Positions 46,249-56,445 of a stretch of DNA of 64,000 nucleotides are shown here, one piece after another (the first letter of the stretch is position 1; each line of letters opens with the position of its first letter). The stretch spans positions 2,735 through 66,734 of the forward strand of contig JABHLN010000005.1 of assembly GCA_018693105.1 (NCBI GenBank), given 5' to 3'. The position numbers and the translations under genes were made by a program. Source of the DNA: Desulfobacterales bacterium. Its GTDB lineage: Bacteria; Desulfobacterota; Desulfobacteria; Desulfobacterales; SURF-7. The notes under the pieces are model-generated. The model was not told the origin of the DNA. It was given only the letters and a program-made list of their open reading frames with translations, and did no database searches.

Positions 46249-47747
46249 GATTAAAAGATTTTCCAGAAGATATCAGGCCGTATATATTACCCGAACAGGG
46301 TGGAGACCTTGTTTACAGGTGTCTAGGGTGTGGTGCAGAGTATGGAATAAAAGAACTGCTTTATACATGCCCGGATTGCGGGGATGTGTTTTTAATATTT
46401 GATAAAGATATTGACCGGCTTAAAAAAATTCCAGGTGAGCTGTGGCATCGTATTTTTGATTATCGTAAAATGCTGAAGATGCCGTCGTTTAAGGGGATTT
46501 ATCTTTACCATGAATTTATAGGCTCGATAATTAATAAGGATTCAATTGTATGGCTTGGTGAAGGACACACCCCTGTAGTTGAAGCGAATCCTTCCATGCA
46601 GGAACAGGTAGGCCTAAAGTTCTTTTTCAAAAATGATGGGCAGAATCCAAGTGCTTCCTTCAAGGATCGCGGTATGGCTAGCGCTTTCAGTTATATAAAT
46701 CACTTGATTCGTGATGGTCATGTTTCCGATGTGCTTGCAATTTGTGCTTCAACAGGTGATACCTCTGCTGCAGCTGCATTATATGCTTCATACATGAATA
46801 CGAATATTAAGTCAGCAGTTCTTCTACCTCACAAGAAAGTTACTCCACAGCAGCTTTTGCAGCCTTTAGGAAGCGGTGCTTTTGTTTTTGAAATTCCAGG
46901 AGTATTTGATGACTGTATGAAAGTTGTAGAAGAACTCTCGGAAAAATATAATGTTGCATTGTTAAATTCAAAGAATGCATGGCGTATCCTTGGCCAGGAG
47001 TCATATTCGTATGAAATAGCCCAGGAATTTGAATATGATATGAATAATAAGGTAGTTGTTGTTCCAATCGGCAATGCCGGTAATATAACAGCAGTTATGA
47101 GCGGTTTTATTAAATTTTTTGAAGCCGGTATTATAGAAAACCTTCCAAAAATTATTGGTGTTCAGTCCGAACATGCTAACCCTGTTTATCTTTACTATAA
47201 AGAAGTTGATCCTCAAAAGCGTGAATTTATTCCCGTAAAAGTCAAACCAAGTGTTGCTCAGGCGGCTATGATCGGCAACCCGGTATCAATGCCGAGAGTG
47301 ATAAACATGGTTGATCGTTACAATAGCCTTGCGGAATCACAGATGGTTTTCTTTGTTGAGGTCACGGAACAGGATATAATGGACTGGGAGCTTAAAGCAA
47401 ATAGAAACGGTCATATTGCCTGCACCCATGGGGGTGAAACCCTTGCGGGTCTTATAAAGGCAAGACAGAAAGGTATTGTTGAAGAAAATGATACTGCTAT
47501 ATTAGACTCCACAGCACATGCTTTAAAATTTTCTGATTTTCAGAAAATGTATTTTGAAAATAGTTTTCCACCTGACTATAAGGTTACTCCCGGTAGTAAT
47601 CTTATTAATTTACCGGTTCTGATTCATCCCGAAGGTCTTGAGAAATTACCAGCTATTGGAAATCCATTGGGTGAAGAAGATTTCAAGAAGTTTGTCAACA
47701 TTGTTTCCGAAGAAATTGCAGAGATATTGGATTTAAAGAAAATTTAA
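46245..47747 (+). CDS. thrC: Threonine synthase with N-terminal zinc ribbon
   Basis: CLGCGAEY...CPDCG ribbon and the PLP-lysine motif [11 protein letters not shown]. It overlaps the serS stop (ATGA). Confidence 0.9.
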   Translation: MRLKDFPEDIRPYILPEQGGDLVYRCLGCGAEYGIKELLYTCPDCGDVFLIFDKDIDRLKKIPGELWHRIFDYRKMLKMPSFKGIYLYHEFIGSIINKDSIVWLGEGHTPVVEANPSMQEQVGLKFFFKNDGQNPSASFKDRGMASAFSYINHLIRDGHVSDVLAICASTGDTSAAAALYASYMNTNIKSAVLLPHKKVTPQQLLQPLGSGAFVFEIPGVFDDCMKVVEELSEKYNVALLNSKNAWRILGQESYSYEIAQEFEYDMNNKVVVVPIGNAGNITAVMSGFIKFFEAGIIENLPKIIGVQSEHANPVYLYYKEVDPQKREFIPVKVKPSVAQAAMIGNPVSMPRVINMVDRYNSLAESQMVFFVEVTEQDIMDWELKANRNGHIACTHGGETLAGLIKARQKGIVEENDTAILDSTAHALKFSDFQKMYFENSFPPDYKVTPGSNLINLPVLIHPEGLEKLPAIGNPLGEEDFKKFVNIVSEEIAEILDLKKI

Positions 47748-47775
47748 CCATGCAATGCAAAATGAGGGAAAGAAA

Positions 47776-48591
47776 ATGAAAAGGACATTTGTTGTCTGTG
47801 GGATTATGGGGATTTTATTTTTTTGTTTTGTTTCATGTTCGAGAAATGTAAAAAAAATCGAATACAAAAAAATGAATAGTAAAGTTGAGAAAAATGTACA
47901 TACGGAGGAGGAAAAAATAGCATCGATAAGAGTACTTGGCGAAGCCTATCTTCGGGAAAAAAAGTATGCTGCCGCTTATAAGAATTTAAAGGAGGCTGAA
48001 AAGCTCGCCCCAAAAGACCCCCATGTCCATTTTGCACTCGGAATTTTTTACTATGAAAAAGAAAACTTTGATATGGCTATTGAGGAATATCAAAAGACTC
48101 TTAAGCTGAACCCTGAGTTTGCATCAGCGAGAAATAACCTTGGGATTGTATATCTTGCAAAAAAGGAATGGGATAAAGCGATTGCCTGTTTTGATGAACT
48201 TTACAACAACTATATATATGCGACGCCTCATTTTCCGATGTTTCTTACAGGACAGGCATATTTTCATAAAAAAGACTTCAAAAATGCGGAAAGTTTTTTT
48301 AAAAAAACCCTGTCAATTGAGCCTGAGTTTGTCGTTGCTATGCAGTGGTTGGGAAAAACTTACATTGAAACGAGGCAGATATCAAATGCAATTGGGATTC
48401 TTGAAAAGTCTGTCAAACTTTCTCCTCGTGTCCCGATCTTTTATTATGACCTTGGCAGGGCTTATGTTCTGGCAAGAAAGTACTCCAAAGCTCGTAGTGC
48501 TTTTTTAGAAACAGTAAGACTTGATCCTACCGGACCTCTTGCAGGGGTTGCCGAAAAAGAGGTTGCAAAATACTCGAAGATAAAAAAATGA
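47776..48591 (+). CDS. TPR-repeat lipoprotein
   Basis: Signal/lipobox FCFVSCS and several TPR units (AAAYKNLKEAEKLAPKDP..., AIEEYQKTLKLNPEF...). ATG at 47776 follows GAGGGA. Confidence 0.8.
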   Translation: MKRTFVVCGIMGILFFCFVSCSRNVKKIEYKKMNSKVEKNVHTEEEKIASIRVLGEAYLREKKYAAAYKNLKEAEKLAPKDPHVHFALGIFYYEKENFDMAIEEYQKTLKLNPEFASARNNLGIVYLAKKEWDKAIACFDELYNNYIYATPHFPMFLTGQAYFHKKDFKNAESFFKKTLSIEPEFVVAMQWLGKTYIETRQISNAIGILEKSVKLSPRVPIFYYDLGRAYVLARKYSKARSAFLETVRLDPTGPLAGVAEKEVAKYSKIKK

Positions 48592-48610
48592 AACAGGCTG
48601 ATTAAGCTTT

Positions 48611-48648
48611 AATTGACTACTCCGTGGAATTCCACGGAGTAGTCAATT
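48611..48648. terminator. Perfect 38-nt palindrome between convergent genes (probable bidirectional transcription-stop hairpin)
   Basis: AATTGACTACTCCGTGGAA|TTCCACGGAGTAGTCAATT has exact dyad symmetry, verified base by base. There is no flanking T-run on either strand. Confidence 0.55.
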
Positions 48649-48712
48649 GAGAACAATCATTTTATATGACAGTAAACTTAGGAGGATTAACCGGAAATAA
48701 ATTTTTCACTTT

Positions 48713-49219
48713 TCAGGGCTGCATTTCTGCTGCTTTTATTATTGAGTTTATGGAATCGTCAGCGTATCCGGGGTTTTCAGGAGATAGTACTTCAAGCAAG
48801 GCTTTAATATTCTTATAAGCTTCTTCACGTAATTCAGGTTCCTTGTGACAGATACCAACGAAATGAATGTAAAGATCTTTTGCAACCGGGTACCAGTGGG
48901 CATCAATAATAATTCCATCTTTTTCCACAACGATCATTTTACCCTGGTCATCAAAACCGGCACAGACAATATGGTCGACAACCTCTCCTGACTTTATAGT
49001 TTCACCAGCAAGACACCATGGGCAGGGATTATCAAGATTTACCCACCCTTTATGGCACTTCACACCATCAATAAGCCCTTTTTCAACAGCTGGCTGATTC
49101 CCGGCTACTACTTCTTTACCCGGACTAAGAAGAACAGCTTCAACAGGAAGAGCATCGATGAATAGTTCAATATCTTCAATAATCGATCCATATTTTGACA
49201 AGTCAGCGTATTTTATCAT
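48713..49219 (-). CDS. Hypothetical Cys/His-rich protein
   Basis: 168-aa ORF with CH...CPWC...HIVC...H...H...CH spacing. I recognise no family. It lies downstream of the SDR gene on the same strand. Confidence 0.5.
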   Translation of the reverse strand: MIKYADLSKYGSIIEDIELFIDALPVEAVLLSPGKEVVAGNQPAVEKGLIDGVKCHKGWVNLDNPCPWCLAGETIKSGEVVDHIVCAGFDDQGKMIVVEKDGIIIDAHWYPVAKDLYIHFVGICHKEPELREEAYKNIKALLEVLSPENPGYADDSINSIIKAAEMQP

Positions 49220-49293
49220 TTTCGTTCCTCCCCATTATAGAAATATGAAAATATTTTTCTAACAGAACATAAAAGTATACCCAATTGTTAAGT

Positions 49294-50139
49294 CTAAACA
49301 GGGGTGACGCCTGAAGGGTTTCTTTCCTGAAGAATATCCTCCATTCTGGACGTTACCGACTCTTTGATTTCAGGATGGGTTAGAATATAGAATTTTTCAT
49401 TCCGGATAGCATTAAACACCTCTTCTGCAACTTTAGCGGGAGACAACCCTGATTTAAGGTACTGGTCCATTACCGTTTTCATTTCTTTCTCTTCTTTTGT
49501 AAGTTCAGCATCAGGTTTATTATAGCCAGTTCCCCTGTTTCTGTTAGAACTCATCAATCTTGTATCAGTCGATCCGGGACAAAGAACTGAAACATTAACC
49601 TTTGATTCAATTTCTTCAAGGTCATAGAATAATGTTTCCGAAAGTGTAACAACACCGTGCTTACTCACGTTGTATGCACTAATACCGGGAGTTGATGTTA
49701 AACCTCCGGTTGATGCGGTATTGACGATATGACATGGAGTTCCCTGTTCAATCATAATAGGAGTAAAGGTTCTAATACCGTATATTACACCCCAAAGATT
49801 TACACCCATAACCCACTCCCAATCGGAAATTGAGTGTTCCCAGGCATATGAATTGAGAACAACACCGGCATTATTGCACAGCAGGTCAACAGATCCGAAT
49901 TTATCGATTGTTTTTTTAGCAAGAGTTTCAATGTCTTCTAGCTTGGAGACGTCTGTTTGAACAGCTAATACTGACGCACCGGTGGCCTTTATTTCTTTTT
50001 CTGCATTTTCCAATGCTTCAGCTTCAACATCAGAAATGACAACATTCATCCCTTCTTCTGCGCAACGTGTTGCGAGTCCTTTGCCTATACCGCTTGCGCC
50101 GCCTGTGACAACTGCTGTTTTGTTTTTGAACTCCTTCAT
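49294..50139 (-). CDS. Short-chain dehydrogenase/reductase
   Basis: TGGASGIGKG cofactor motif, NNAG, and catalytic YNVSK. Confidence 0.9.
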   Translation of the reverse strand: MKEFKNKTAVVTGGASGIGKGLATRCAEEGMNVVISDVEAEALENAEKEIKATGASVLAVQTDVSKLEDIETLAKKTIDKFGSVDLLCNNAGVVLNSYAWEHSISDWEWVMGVNLWGVIYGIRTFTPIMIEQGTPCHIVNTASTGGLTSTPGISAYNVSKHGVVTLSETLFYDLEEIESKVNVSVLCPGSTDTRLMSSNRNRGTGYNKPDAELTKEEKEMKTVMDQYLKSGLSPAKVAEEVFNAIRNEKFYILTHPEIKESVTSRMEDILQERNPSGVTPV

Positions 50140-50264
50140 TTCTAACTCCTTATGGATAAGATTTAAAAACTATAATTTTTACTGATTTAGATTCCTGCAT
50201 AAATAATAACTCATAATATTATGATCATAATAAATAATATTAAACAATATTATTTATTCTAAAA

Positions 50265-50422
50265 TGATGGCGTCGTAATCTCGCTATAACGTGACTACTG
50301 ATTTATAGCGATTAATCAGAATTCGACGTACTACATGTATGTCTTCACTCCTTATCAATCTCTATGCATTTTATATTAAGATTTATACTTAGCCTTCAAC
50401 TATGCTTTTTACGGAAGCATCA
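50265..50422. repeat. Family-A MITE-like repeat
   Basis: TGATGGCGTCGTAATCTCGC...TTCGACGTACTACATGTATGTCTTCAC...TATGCTTTTTACGGAAGCATCA. Confidence 0.65.
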
Positions 50423-50470
50423 AAAGTAAATACTGAAAAATATTGTGCTGTGTATATTTTACCTTGAATT

Positions 50471-51163
50471 TTAACGGCTTTTTTTTCGGCTCACCTGTAT
50501 CTGTTTAATTTTTTCCCAAAAATCTTCAACCTGTTTTCTGGTTTCATCAAGAGATTCGGAATTGTCAATTAAAAAGTCACAATATCCTTTTTTTTCTTCT
50601 ACAGAAAGCTGAGTATTAATAATACTCAAGGCCATTCCCTTGCTGCAGTTGTCTCTTTTTGTGAGACGTTTTATTTGTTCTTCTTCTGGAACATAAACCA
50701 TTAAGAGTTTATGAAAGGTAGTTTGCATTTGAGCTTCTACAAGAAGAGGAACTACCACCTGTATTATTACATCAGGATCTTTTTTTGCATACTCTGAAAC
50801 CAGCTTTGTGTATTCTGATCCAAGCCTTGGATGGATAAAACTTTCAAGTTTTATTTTCTTTTGAGGGTCACTGAAAACTATTTTCCTCATCATTTCACGG
50901 TTAAGTGTTTTATCTTCATTTAATATTTCGTCACCAAAATATGATACTATGTCCTTCCATGCCGGTTTTTCCGGTTCAACGACAACCCTGCTTAAAATAT
51001 CAAAATCAATTATCGGCGCGCCAAGTTCTTCCAGCATATCCGCGACAGTGGTTTTTCCACTGGCGATACCGCCTGTTACACCAAGAAGAAGCCTGTTATC
51101 ATTACCACTCAACGCTTGAATAAACTCCAGGCTTTCATACGATGCCGGGGATGAATTGTTCAT
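50471..51163 (-). CDS. coaE: Dephospho-CoA kinase
   Basis: P-loop GVTGGIASGKTT. ATG at 51163 is preceded by AAGGAG; the track's longer TTG start is less likely. Confidence 0.9.
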   Translation of the reverse strand: MNNSSPASYESLEFIQALSGNDNRLLLGVTGGIASGKTTVADMLEELGAPIIDFDILSRVVVEPEKPAWKDIVSYFGDEILNEDKTLNREMMRKIVFSDPQKKIKLESFIHPRLGSEYTKLVSEYAKKDPDVIIQVVVPLLVEAQMQTTFHKLLMVYVPEEEQIKRLTKRDNCSKGMALSIINTQLSVEEKKGYCDFLIDNSESLDETRKQVEDFWEKIKQIQVSRKKSR

Positions 51164-51345
51164 ATATTTTTCTACTCCTTTCAAAAAGACACCTTTTAAT
51201 TAGGTCTCTTGTTAAATAACCAAGCCGGGATTTATTCAGATTACAAAGTTTTTAGAAACTCGTTAAAAGTATAACCCATGGTTTATGGAAAATAACTACC
51301 TGATGAAGCTTTTACGAAAACTTATGATTAGATTCAAGAAATAAA

Positions 51346-51455
51346 TGATGAAAGGGTGTAAAAAATCTCCATCTACTGTGTTATAGATGTTGCCCAGACG
51401 TTTTACATAAAACATGTATGCCTTCACGCTCGATCAACCGCTATATATTGTGGTT
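51346..51455. repeat. Family-A repeat, 3'-truncated
   Basis: TGATGAAAGGGTGTAAAAAATCTCCATCTACTGTGTTATAGATGTTGCCCAGACGTTTTACATAAAACATGTATGCCTTCACG. Further reversed fragments lie at ~51252..51330. Confidence 0.55.
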
Positions 51456-51565
51456 AAATAAATTTAAAAACACTGGTCTCTGATCTAATTGATGTCAATT
51501 GAAGAAAAGACGGGGAAACAATTTTTATTACCTAAATTGTTATAATTATAATTGCTGAAATGATT

Positions 51566-52345
51566 TCAGCCATGCAGGATTTTTGATATTGGAACCAGTT
51601 TGATATCGGCATTTGCAGGATTTTTGATAAAAATTTCTATTGCTTTAGCTGTTTCAGGAAAAGGGTGGCCTATTGCTATACCGCTCCCATATTTTTTTGC
51701 GTGCGCTTTTAAAATTCTGAGTTGTGTAAGAATATAGTGTAAATTAGGGTTATTATCCAGAAAAACATTCCTGCTTGATGTGTACATATGAAGTTGCCTT
51801 GCAGTTTTATATGCCACTGAACGATCAGTTGTGCGGCTGTCAATAAAAAAGAGGTTTTTGTCTCTTATTACCTTCAAGGCATCTACCATTTTGCTCTGCT
51901 TTTCGGTATACCCTGAACCCATATGGTTATTTACTCCTGTTGCATATGGTACTTCGGAAATGTTTTCTTCGACGATTTCTGAAATTTGTTCAGACCCAAA
52001 ATTCATAAAAAGTGCCCCCGGGCCAGGATCTATACTGCTGTTTCGTGGCTCCATTGGCTGGTGGAGCATTATTTCATACCCCTTATCATTTATTTCCTTT
52101 GAAAGGTCCCGCGTGAGGCTAAGCTTTGGGAGTATGGAAAAAGTGATAGGAACATCCAGTTCTATAAAAAGTCTCGCTCTTGATAAGCTGTACCCAATAT
52201 CGTCAATAATTAAAGATATAGTTGCTTCGGAATTTGGAATGAATTCATTGTTTTCAGCTGCAACGGCTGTGGGTAGAAGGTTAAGCCCAGTATAACCACT
52301 TGTAATCAATGCTAAACTTTTATATAAAAAGGATCTGCGATTCAT
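51566..52345 (-). CDS. Divergent polysaccharide deacetylase (YibQ-like)
   Basis: Signal peptide, IIDDIG, MLHQPME and GVNNHMGS motifs. Confidence 0.8.
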   Translation of the reverse strand: MNRRSFLYKSLALITSGYTGLNLLPTAVAAENNEFIPNSEATISLIIDDIGYSLSRARLFIELDVPITFSILPKLSLTRDLSKEINDKGYEIMLHQPMEPRNSSIDPGPGALFMNFGSEQISEIVEENISEVPYATGVNNHMGSGYTEKQSKMVDALKVIRDKNLFFIDSRTTDRSVAYKTARQLHMYTSSRNVFLDNNPNLHYILTQLRILKAHAKKYGSGIAIGHPFPETAKAIEIFIKNPANADIKLVPISKILHG

Positions 52346-53068
52346 CTTAACATTCCTTTTTTGAAAGGTCCCATAAAAACAGGAGAGAAAGGTTGTGTGT
52401 TATTGTCGATCCGGGGTGTTGGTGCCTATTGCAGGCACTTGAAAATATTCATAATTATGATAGTAATTTACTGAATAACCAATAAACTTAATTTTTAAGA
52501 AAAATACTACCTATTGTGGTATAAGTCAAGATAAAATACTACATGTTGGATAGTCGTAATATTTCAGCTGGTTGGAAAATCTTATGGAAAACCCCCGGAT
52601 ATTTGCATTTTGAATATTGGGTTGACATTCAATTATCAAACTGCTTAATAGGGGAAATAATTATAAAAAACTTCTATTTCAGCGATAATTTTCTAACAAA
52701 GCCTTTTGTTGGGGTGTAATTTGATTTGCAGGCCAATTTATACAAATACCCATTACTTTCTTCAAAATCCAATCATACTTTTACCTGTAATTCTAAGAAA
52801 AGCTTCAGCTATAACTCTTTCGGGATCTGTTTTCGATAACGGATATTGCAGCTTATTTAGCTTATAGAGCTAAAACTAATGTTTTAGCTCTCAAATACTA
52901 AATATATTCAAGTGGTTTGTCGGTCTCTGGTGGTTAAATTTCGGGGTTTTCAAAATTAATTTGGGTGTTGCTGAAAGCAGGGTATTTTCTTACAGGTTTC
53001 AAAGTTTGTTGGTAAGTTTCTTTCTTCAGTTTGCAGGTGAATATTTAACCTAATCAAGGGGCAATATA

Positions 53069-53989
53069 ATGTCACGAATATTTCCCATAGGCGGTGGAAA
53101 AGGAGGTGTTGGAAAAAGTTTTATTACAGCCAATCTTGGTGTGATATTGGCAAGGCAGAATAAGAAGGTATTGCTCGTCGACCTGGATTTAGGCGGATCA
53201 AACCTACATACTTTTTTCGGTTTCAATAACCCCAAGGTCGGAATAAGCAGCTTTTTAAACAGATCGGTTGAAGACCTCAATGATGTAGTTGTTCCCACTC
53301 CTGAAAAAAACCTTTTTTTGATTAGCTCAAAATCCTGTTCCATGGAAAGTGCAAATCTTTTTGCTACGCAGAAAACAAAAATAATTAATGCTATTAAAAA
53401 GCTTTCATATGATTATATTTTCCTGGATCTTGGAGCAGGAATAAGTTTTAATGCCCTGGATTTCTATTTAACTTCCAACGAAGGTGTATTTGTTTTTACA
53501 CCTGAGCCAACATCAATTGAAAATGCTTTTAATTTTATAAAAGCGGTTTATTTAAGAAAACTGAAACTTTTACTTAAACAGAAAGAATATAACTCAATAA
53601 AAAAAATGATTCTTGAGAGCTCCGGGAATATTGTTGTTAAGGCACCTGAGATAATAAACTTAATAAAGAAAACAGACCCTGAAAGGGGAATGATTCTCCA
53701 GACCAGTCTCAGCGAATATCGATATAAGTTTATATTAAATCAGTTTCGAAAGAGTATTGATGCTAAACTTGGTGAAAAAATAGAATCGGTTTGCAACAGG
53801 CATTTTTATTCCGGGTTTGATTTCCTGGGAAATGTCGGCTTCGATGAACGTGTTTATGATTCAGTTCTTTCAAGGAATATTTTTGTTAACAAATATCCCT
53901 ATACGTTAATTGCATCAGATCTTGAAAATATTGCAGGGAAAATTTCAAATGCTGATAAACAACCAGCACTTTTATCAAAAATATCATGA
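53069..53989 (+). CDS. MinD/ParA-family P-loop ATPase
   Basis: Deviant Walker A GGGKGGVGKS with the signature Lys; Walker A' LVDLDLGG; Walker B IFLDLGAG. Confidence 0.85.
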   Translation: MSRIFPIGGGKGGVGKSFITANLGVILARQNKKVLLVDLDLGGSNLHTFFGFNNPKVGISSFLNRSVEDLNDVVVPTPEKNLFLISSKSCSMESANLFATQKTKIINAIKKLSYDYIFLDLGAGISFNALDFYLTSNEGVFVFTPEPTSIENAFNFIKAVYLRKLKLLLKQKEYNSIKKMILESSGNIVVKAPEIINLIKKTDPERGMILQTSLSEYRYKFILNQFRKSIDAKLGEKIESVCNRHFYSGFDFLGNVGFDERVYDSVLSRNIFVNKYPYTLIASDLENIAGKISNADKQPALLSKIS

Positions 53990-54639
53990 AAAATTTTGAT
54001 GATCTAACATATTATGAGATATTGAATATCTCTCCCGGCGCATCTTTTTTTGAGATCAGACGCGGATACAAGGAGGCTCTTTTCTTATATGATAAGGATT
54101 CTCTGGTAACATACTCTTTGCTTGATGAAGAGGACAGGGGAAATATTGTTAATACTATTGAGAAAGCATTTAATACATTAGTATCTGAAGACAGGCGGAT
54201 TGAATATGATAAAGCAATCCTTAAAGAAGGTAAAGTAGATGAATCGTTTTTTTGCAGGAATGACAAAAAATCAACCCCGGTCTTTCATGTTAATGATCCT
54301 TCATTAAATAAAGAACCTTTGGATAAGAAAGTCATTGACTTTATCAAGGATGATGATGAGATTAGAAGGCTTTCAGAGGAAATTCTTGCAAAGGAATTTA
54401 TTTCCGGAAATGATTTAAAGTGTCTTAGAAATGCTTCAGGGGTAAGACTTGAAGAGGTTTTTGAAATAGCCAGAATAAGTGTTTCAATACTAAATTATAT
54501 TGAAAATGATGAGCATAAAAAACTCCCGCCACAAATTTATTTAAAAAATTTTTTAAAATCTTATGCTGAAATTCTCCAAATAGATTCAGAAAAAATAGTT
54601 ACCGGTTTTTTAAAAAATATGAATCGTTTTGAGAAATAA
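53986..54639 (+). CDS. Protein with a degenerate J-like N-domain (no HPD) and a C-terminal HTH (RodZ/Xre-like)
   Basis: LTYYEILNISPGASFFEIRRGYKEALFLYDKDS resembles a J-domain, but DKD replaces HPD. C-terminal LRNASGVRLEEVFEIARISVSILNYIEND. It overlaps the ATPase gene (ATGA). Confidence 0.6.
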   Translation: MKNFDDLTYYEILNISPGASFFEIRRGYKEALFLYDKDSLVTYSLLDEEDRGNIVNTIEKAFNTLVSEDRRIEYDKAILKEGKVDESFFCRNDKKSTPVFHVNDPSLNKEPLDKKVIDFIKDDDEIRRLSEEILAKEFISGNDLKCLRNASGVRLEEVFEIARISVSILNYIENDEHKKLPPQIYLKNFLKSYAEILQIDSEKIVTGFLKNMNRFEK

Positions 54640-54765
54640 TTTTAAAAGCTAATGATCAAGTTATTTAATCGTAACTATTTGTGATTTTTTCTCTAACAAG
54701 TCCATATCAGCTGGTATAAAGTCTAAAATCATGATGATATTCTATAACTATCGGAATATTTATTT

Positions 54766-55194
54766 TGATATTGTTGTAAAAACATCTCCGCATGTTCTTC
54801 TATAGCGTTGGACTATAGTGGTTTTCATAAATATCTTCCGTTTTAACCCGGTCTCCCATCGGGAAAATTTTTCAATCACCTGCCCGAACTCGCCGCTTAA
54901 CGATCCTTAACTAAAATCAGGGGAAGGGCCAATAAAATTAGTATTCCCTTAAAATATTGCAGGTTATATTAATACATCCATATAACCTGATTTTAGTAAC
55001 GGCATATAAAGTGCCTTAAACAAGCGTCCACTCGATTGAAAAATTTTTTCCGACAGGAGACCTTATGGCCTGATCTATAGGAACTTTATTTTGAGAAACA
55101 CTATATATGTATGCGTTGATACCTACCTAAACATTATGTCTTTTGTATGAAGATTTTTTACATAACCACCGGTGATTGTTTTAAGAGTTCATCA
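54766..55194. mobile_element. Family-A repeat interrupted by a family-D element (nested composite)
   Basis: The left 47 nt (TGATATTGTTGTAAAAACATCTCC...TATAGCGTTGGA) align with the left arm of 39233..39385. The right part (55107..55194, ATGTATGCG...GTATGAAGATTTTTTAC...AGAGTTCATCA) aligns with its right arm. Confidence 0.6.
54813..55106. mobile_element. Family-D palindromic MITE-like element (full-length copy, ~294 bp)
   Basis: TIR CTATAGTG...CACTATAT. The left arm (...GGTCTCCCATCGGGAAAATTTTTCAATC...CTAAAATCAGG) is mirrored by the right arm (CCTGATTTTAG...GATTGAAAAATTTTTTCCGACAGGAGACC...). Confidence 0.65.
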
Positions 55195-55331
55195 AGATTG
55201 GGGAAAGTAATTCACAAAAATATATTTACTTTCTTTTTGTTCAGATTTAGTATGGCTGGTAATGATGCATTTCATAAACATTCATTTTGTATCATGGGAA
55301 AAATAAATTGCACAAGACTGGAGGTAAAAAA

Positions 55332-56276
55332 TTGAAAAAAACAGCATTTCTTTTTCCTGGTCAAGGGTCTCAATCAGTTGGTATGGGCCGGGAATTTTAC
55401 CAGGAGTATGATTTTGTCAGAGAAATTTTTGATATGGCCAATGAAATAACAGGGCTAAATATTTCAGATCTCTGCTTTAACGGTCCTCTAGAAGAACTTA
55501 CAAAAACTATTAATCTTCAGCCCTCAATAACGGCAGTAAATCTTGCTTATCTATCTGTTGTTAAAAAGGAACTGGAAATATCCGGTTTTACGGCAGGTCA
55601 CAGCCTTGGGGAATACAGCGCTCTTTGTGCAGCAGATATTATTTCCATGGAGGATACTTTAAGGCTTGTGCATAAGAGGGGTGTACTTATGCACAGGGAT
55701 GCGACGGCAAATAAAGGCGCTATGCAGGCAATAATAGGTTTTAATATTGATAGAGTAATGCAAATTGTTGAAAATGTACAAAATAGTTCAGCTGATGGAA
55801 CAATATCTATTGCAAATCATAATACCGAGAATCAGATTGTTATTACCGGATCACCAGAAAAGGTGGAAAAAGCAGCTTCTTTTGCTACTGCAGAAAATGC
55901 CAAAGCAGTACCTTTAAAAGTGAGCGGGGCTTGGCACAGCGCATTAATGGAAAGGGCAGGAGATGATTTTAAAGAAGCCCTTGGACCTGTTACTTTTAAA
56001 TCACCTGAACTTCAGGTGATATTAAATTCAACCGCAGCATTTTCGAATGATCCCGACGATATAAAAAGTATAATGGAAAGCCAGCTCTGTAGTCCGGTAA
56101 AGTGGTATGATTCAATGCGCAGATTAGTGGAGGAAGGGGTTGAGGCTTTTGTCGAGATTGGTCAGGGTCGTGTGCTAAGCGGGATGCTGAAAAAAATATT
56201 ACCAAAAGGATATCCCGGTAAAATTTATGGAGTAAACAGTCTTAAAAGTCTCGAAAAGTTTATTAATGAAGTTTAA
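55332..56276 (+). CDS. fabD: Malonyl-CoA:ACP transacylase
   Basis: FLFPGQGSQ and the GHSLGEY active site. The TTG at 55332, 7 nt after GGAGG, fits the conserved N-terminus better than the upstream ATG at 55287. Confidence 0.9.
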   Translation: MKKTAFLFPGQGSQSVGMGREFYQEYDFVREIFDMANEITGLNISDLCFNGPLEELTKTINLQPSITAVNLAYLSVVKKELEISGFTAGHSLGEYSALCAADIISMEDTLRLVHKRGVLMHRDATANKGAMQAIIGFNIDRVMQIVENVQNSSADGTISIANHNTENQIVITGSPEKVEKAASFATAENAKAVPLKVSGAWHSALMERAGDDFKEALGPVTFKSPELQVILNSTAAFSNDPDDIKSIMESQLCSPVKWYDSMRRLVEEGVEAFVEIGQGRVLSGMLKKILPKGYPGKIYGVNSLKSLEKFINEV

Positions 56277-56445
56277 TAAATAAAATTATTTTAGCAGTCG
56301 GGGAGTTTTTCCAGGGAAACCTTGCGAACTTGAGGATAAGGGGATTGTAAAGAAAGAACAGTGTAAATGGCATTAAAACAAGATGGTAAAGTGGTATGAG
56401 GCCTTGGGGCCATGATGCCCGGATTCGGTAGCAATCTGTTCTTTA

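Noticed and set aside
52421-52436. Sigma54-type promoter look-alike, TGGTGCCTATTGCA.
   Set aside because: The GG-to-GC spacing is two nucleotides shorter than the TGGCAC-N5-TTGC consensus. The sequence also forms a simple hairpin (GTGCC/GGCAC).
55147-55331. Upstream extension of fabD (ATG 55287) and ORF 55147..55335.
   Set aside because: The extension overlaps the end of a family-A repeat and adds 15 residues not seen in FabD N-termini. A GGAGG-N7-TTG start at 55332 gives the canonical ...KTAFLFPGQGSQ N-terminus.
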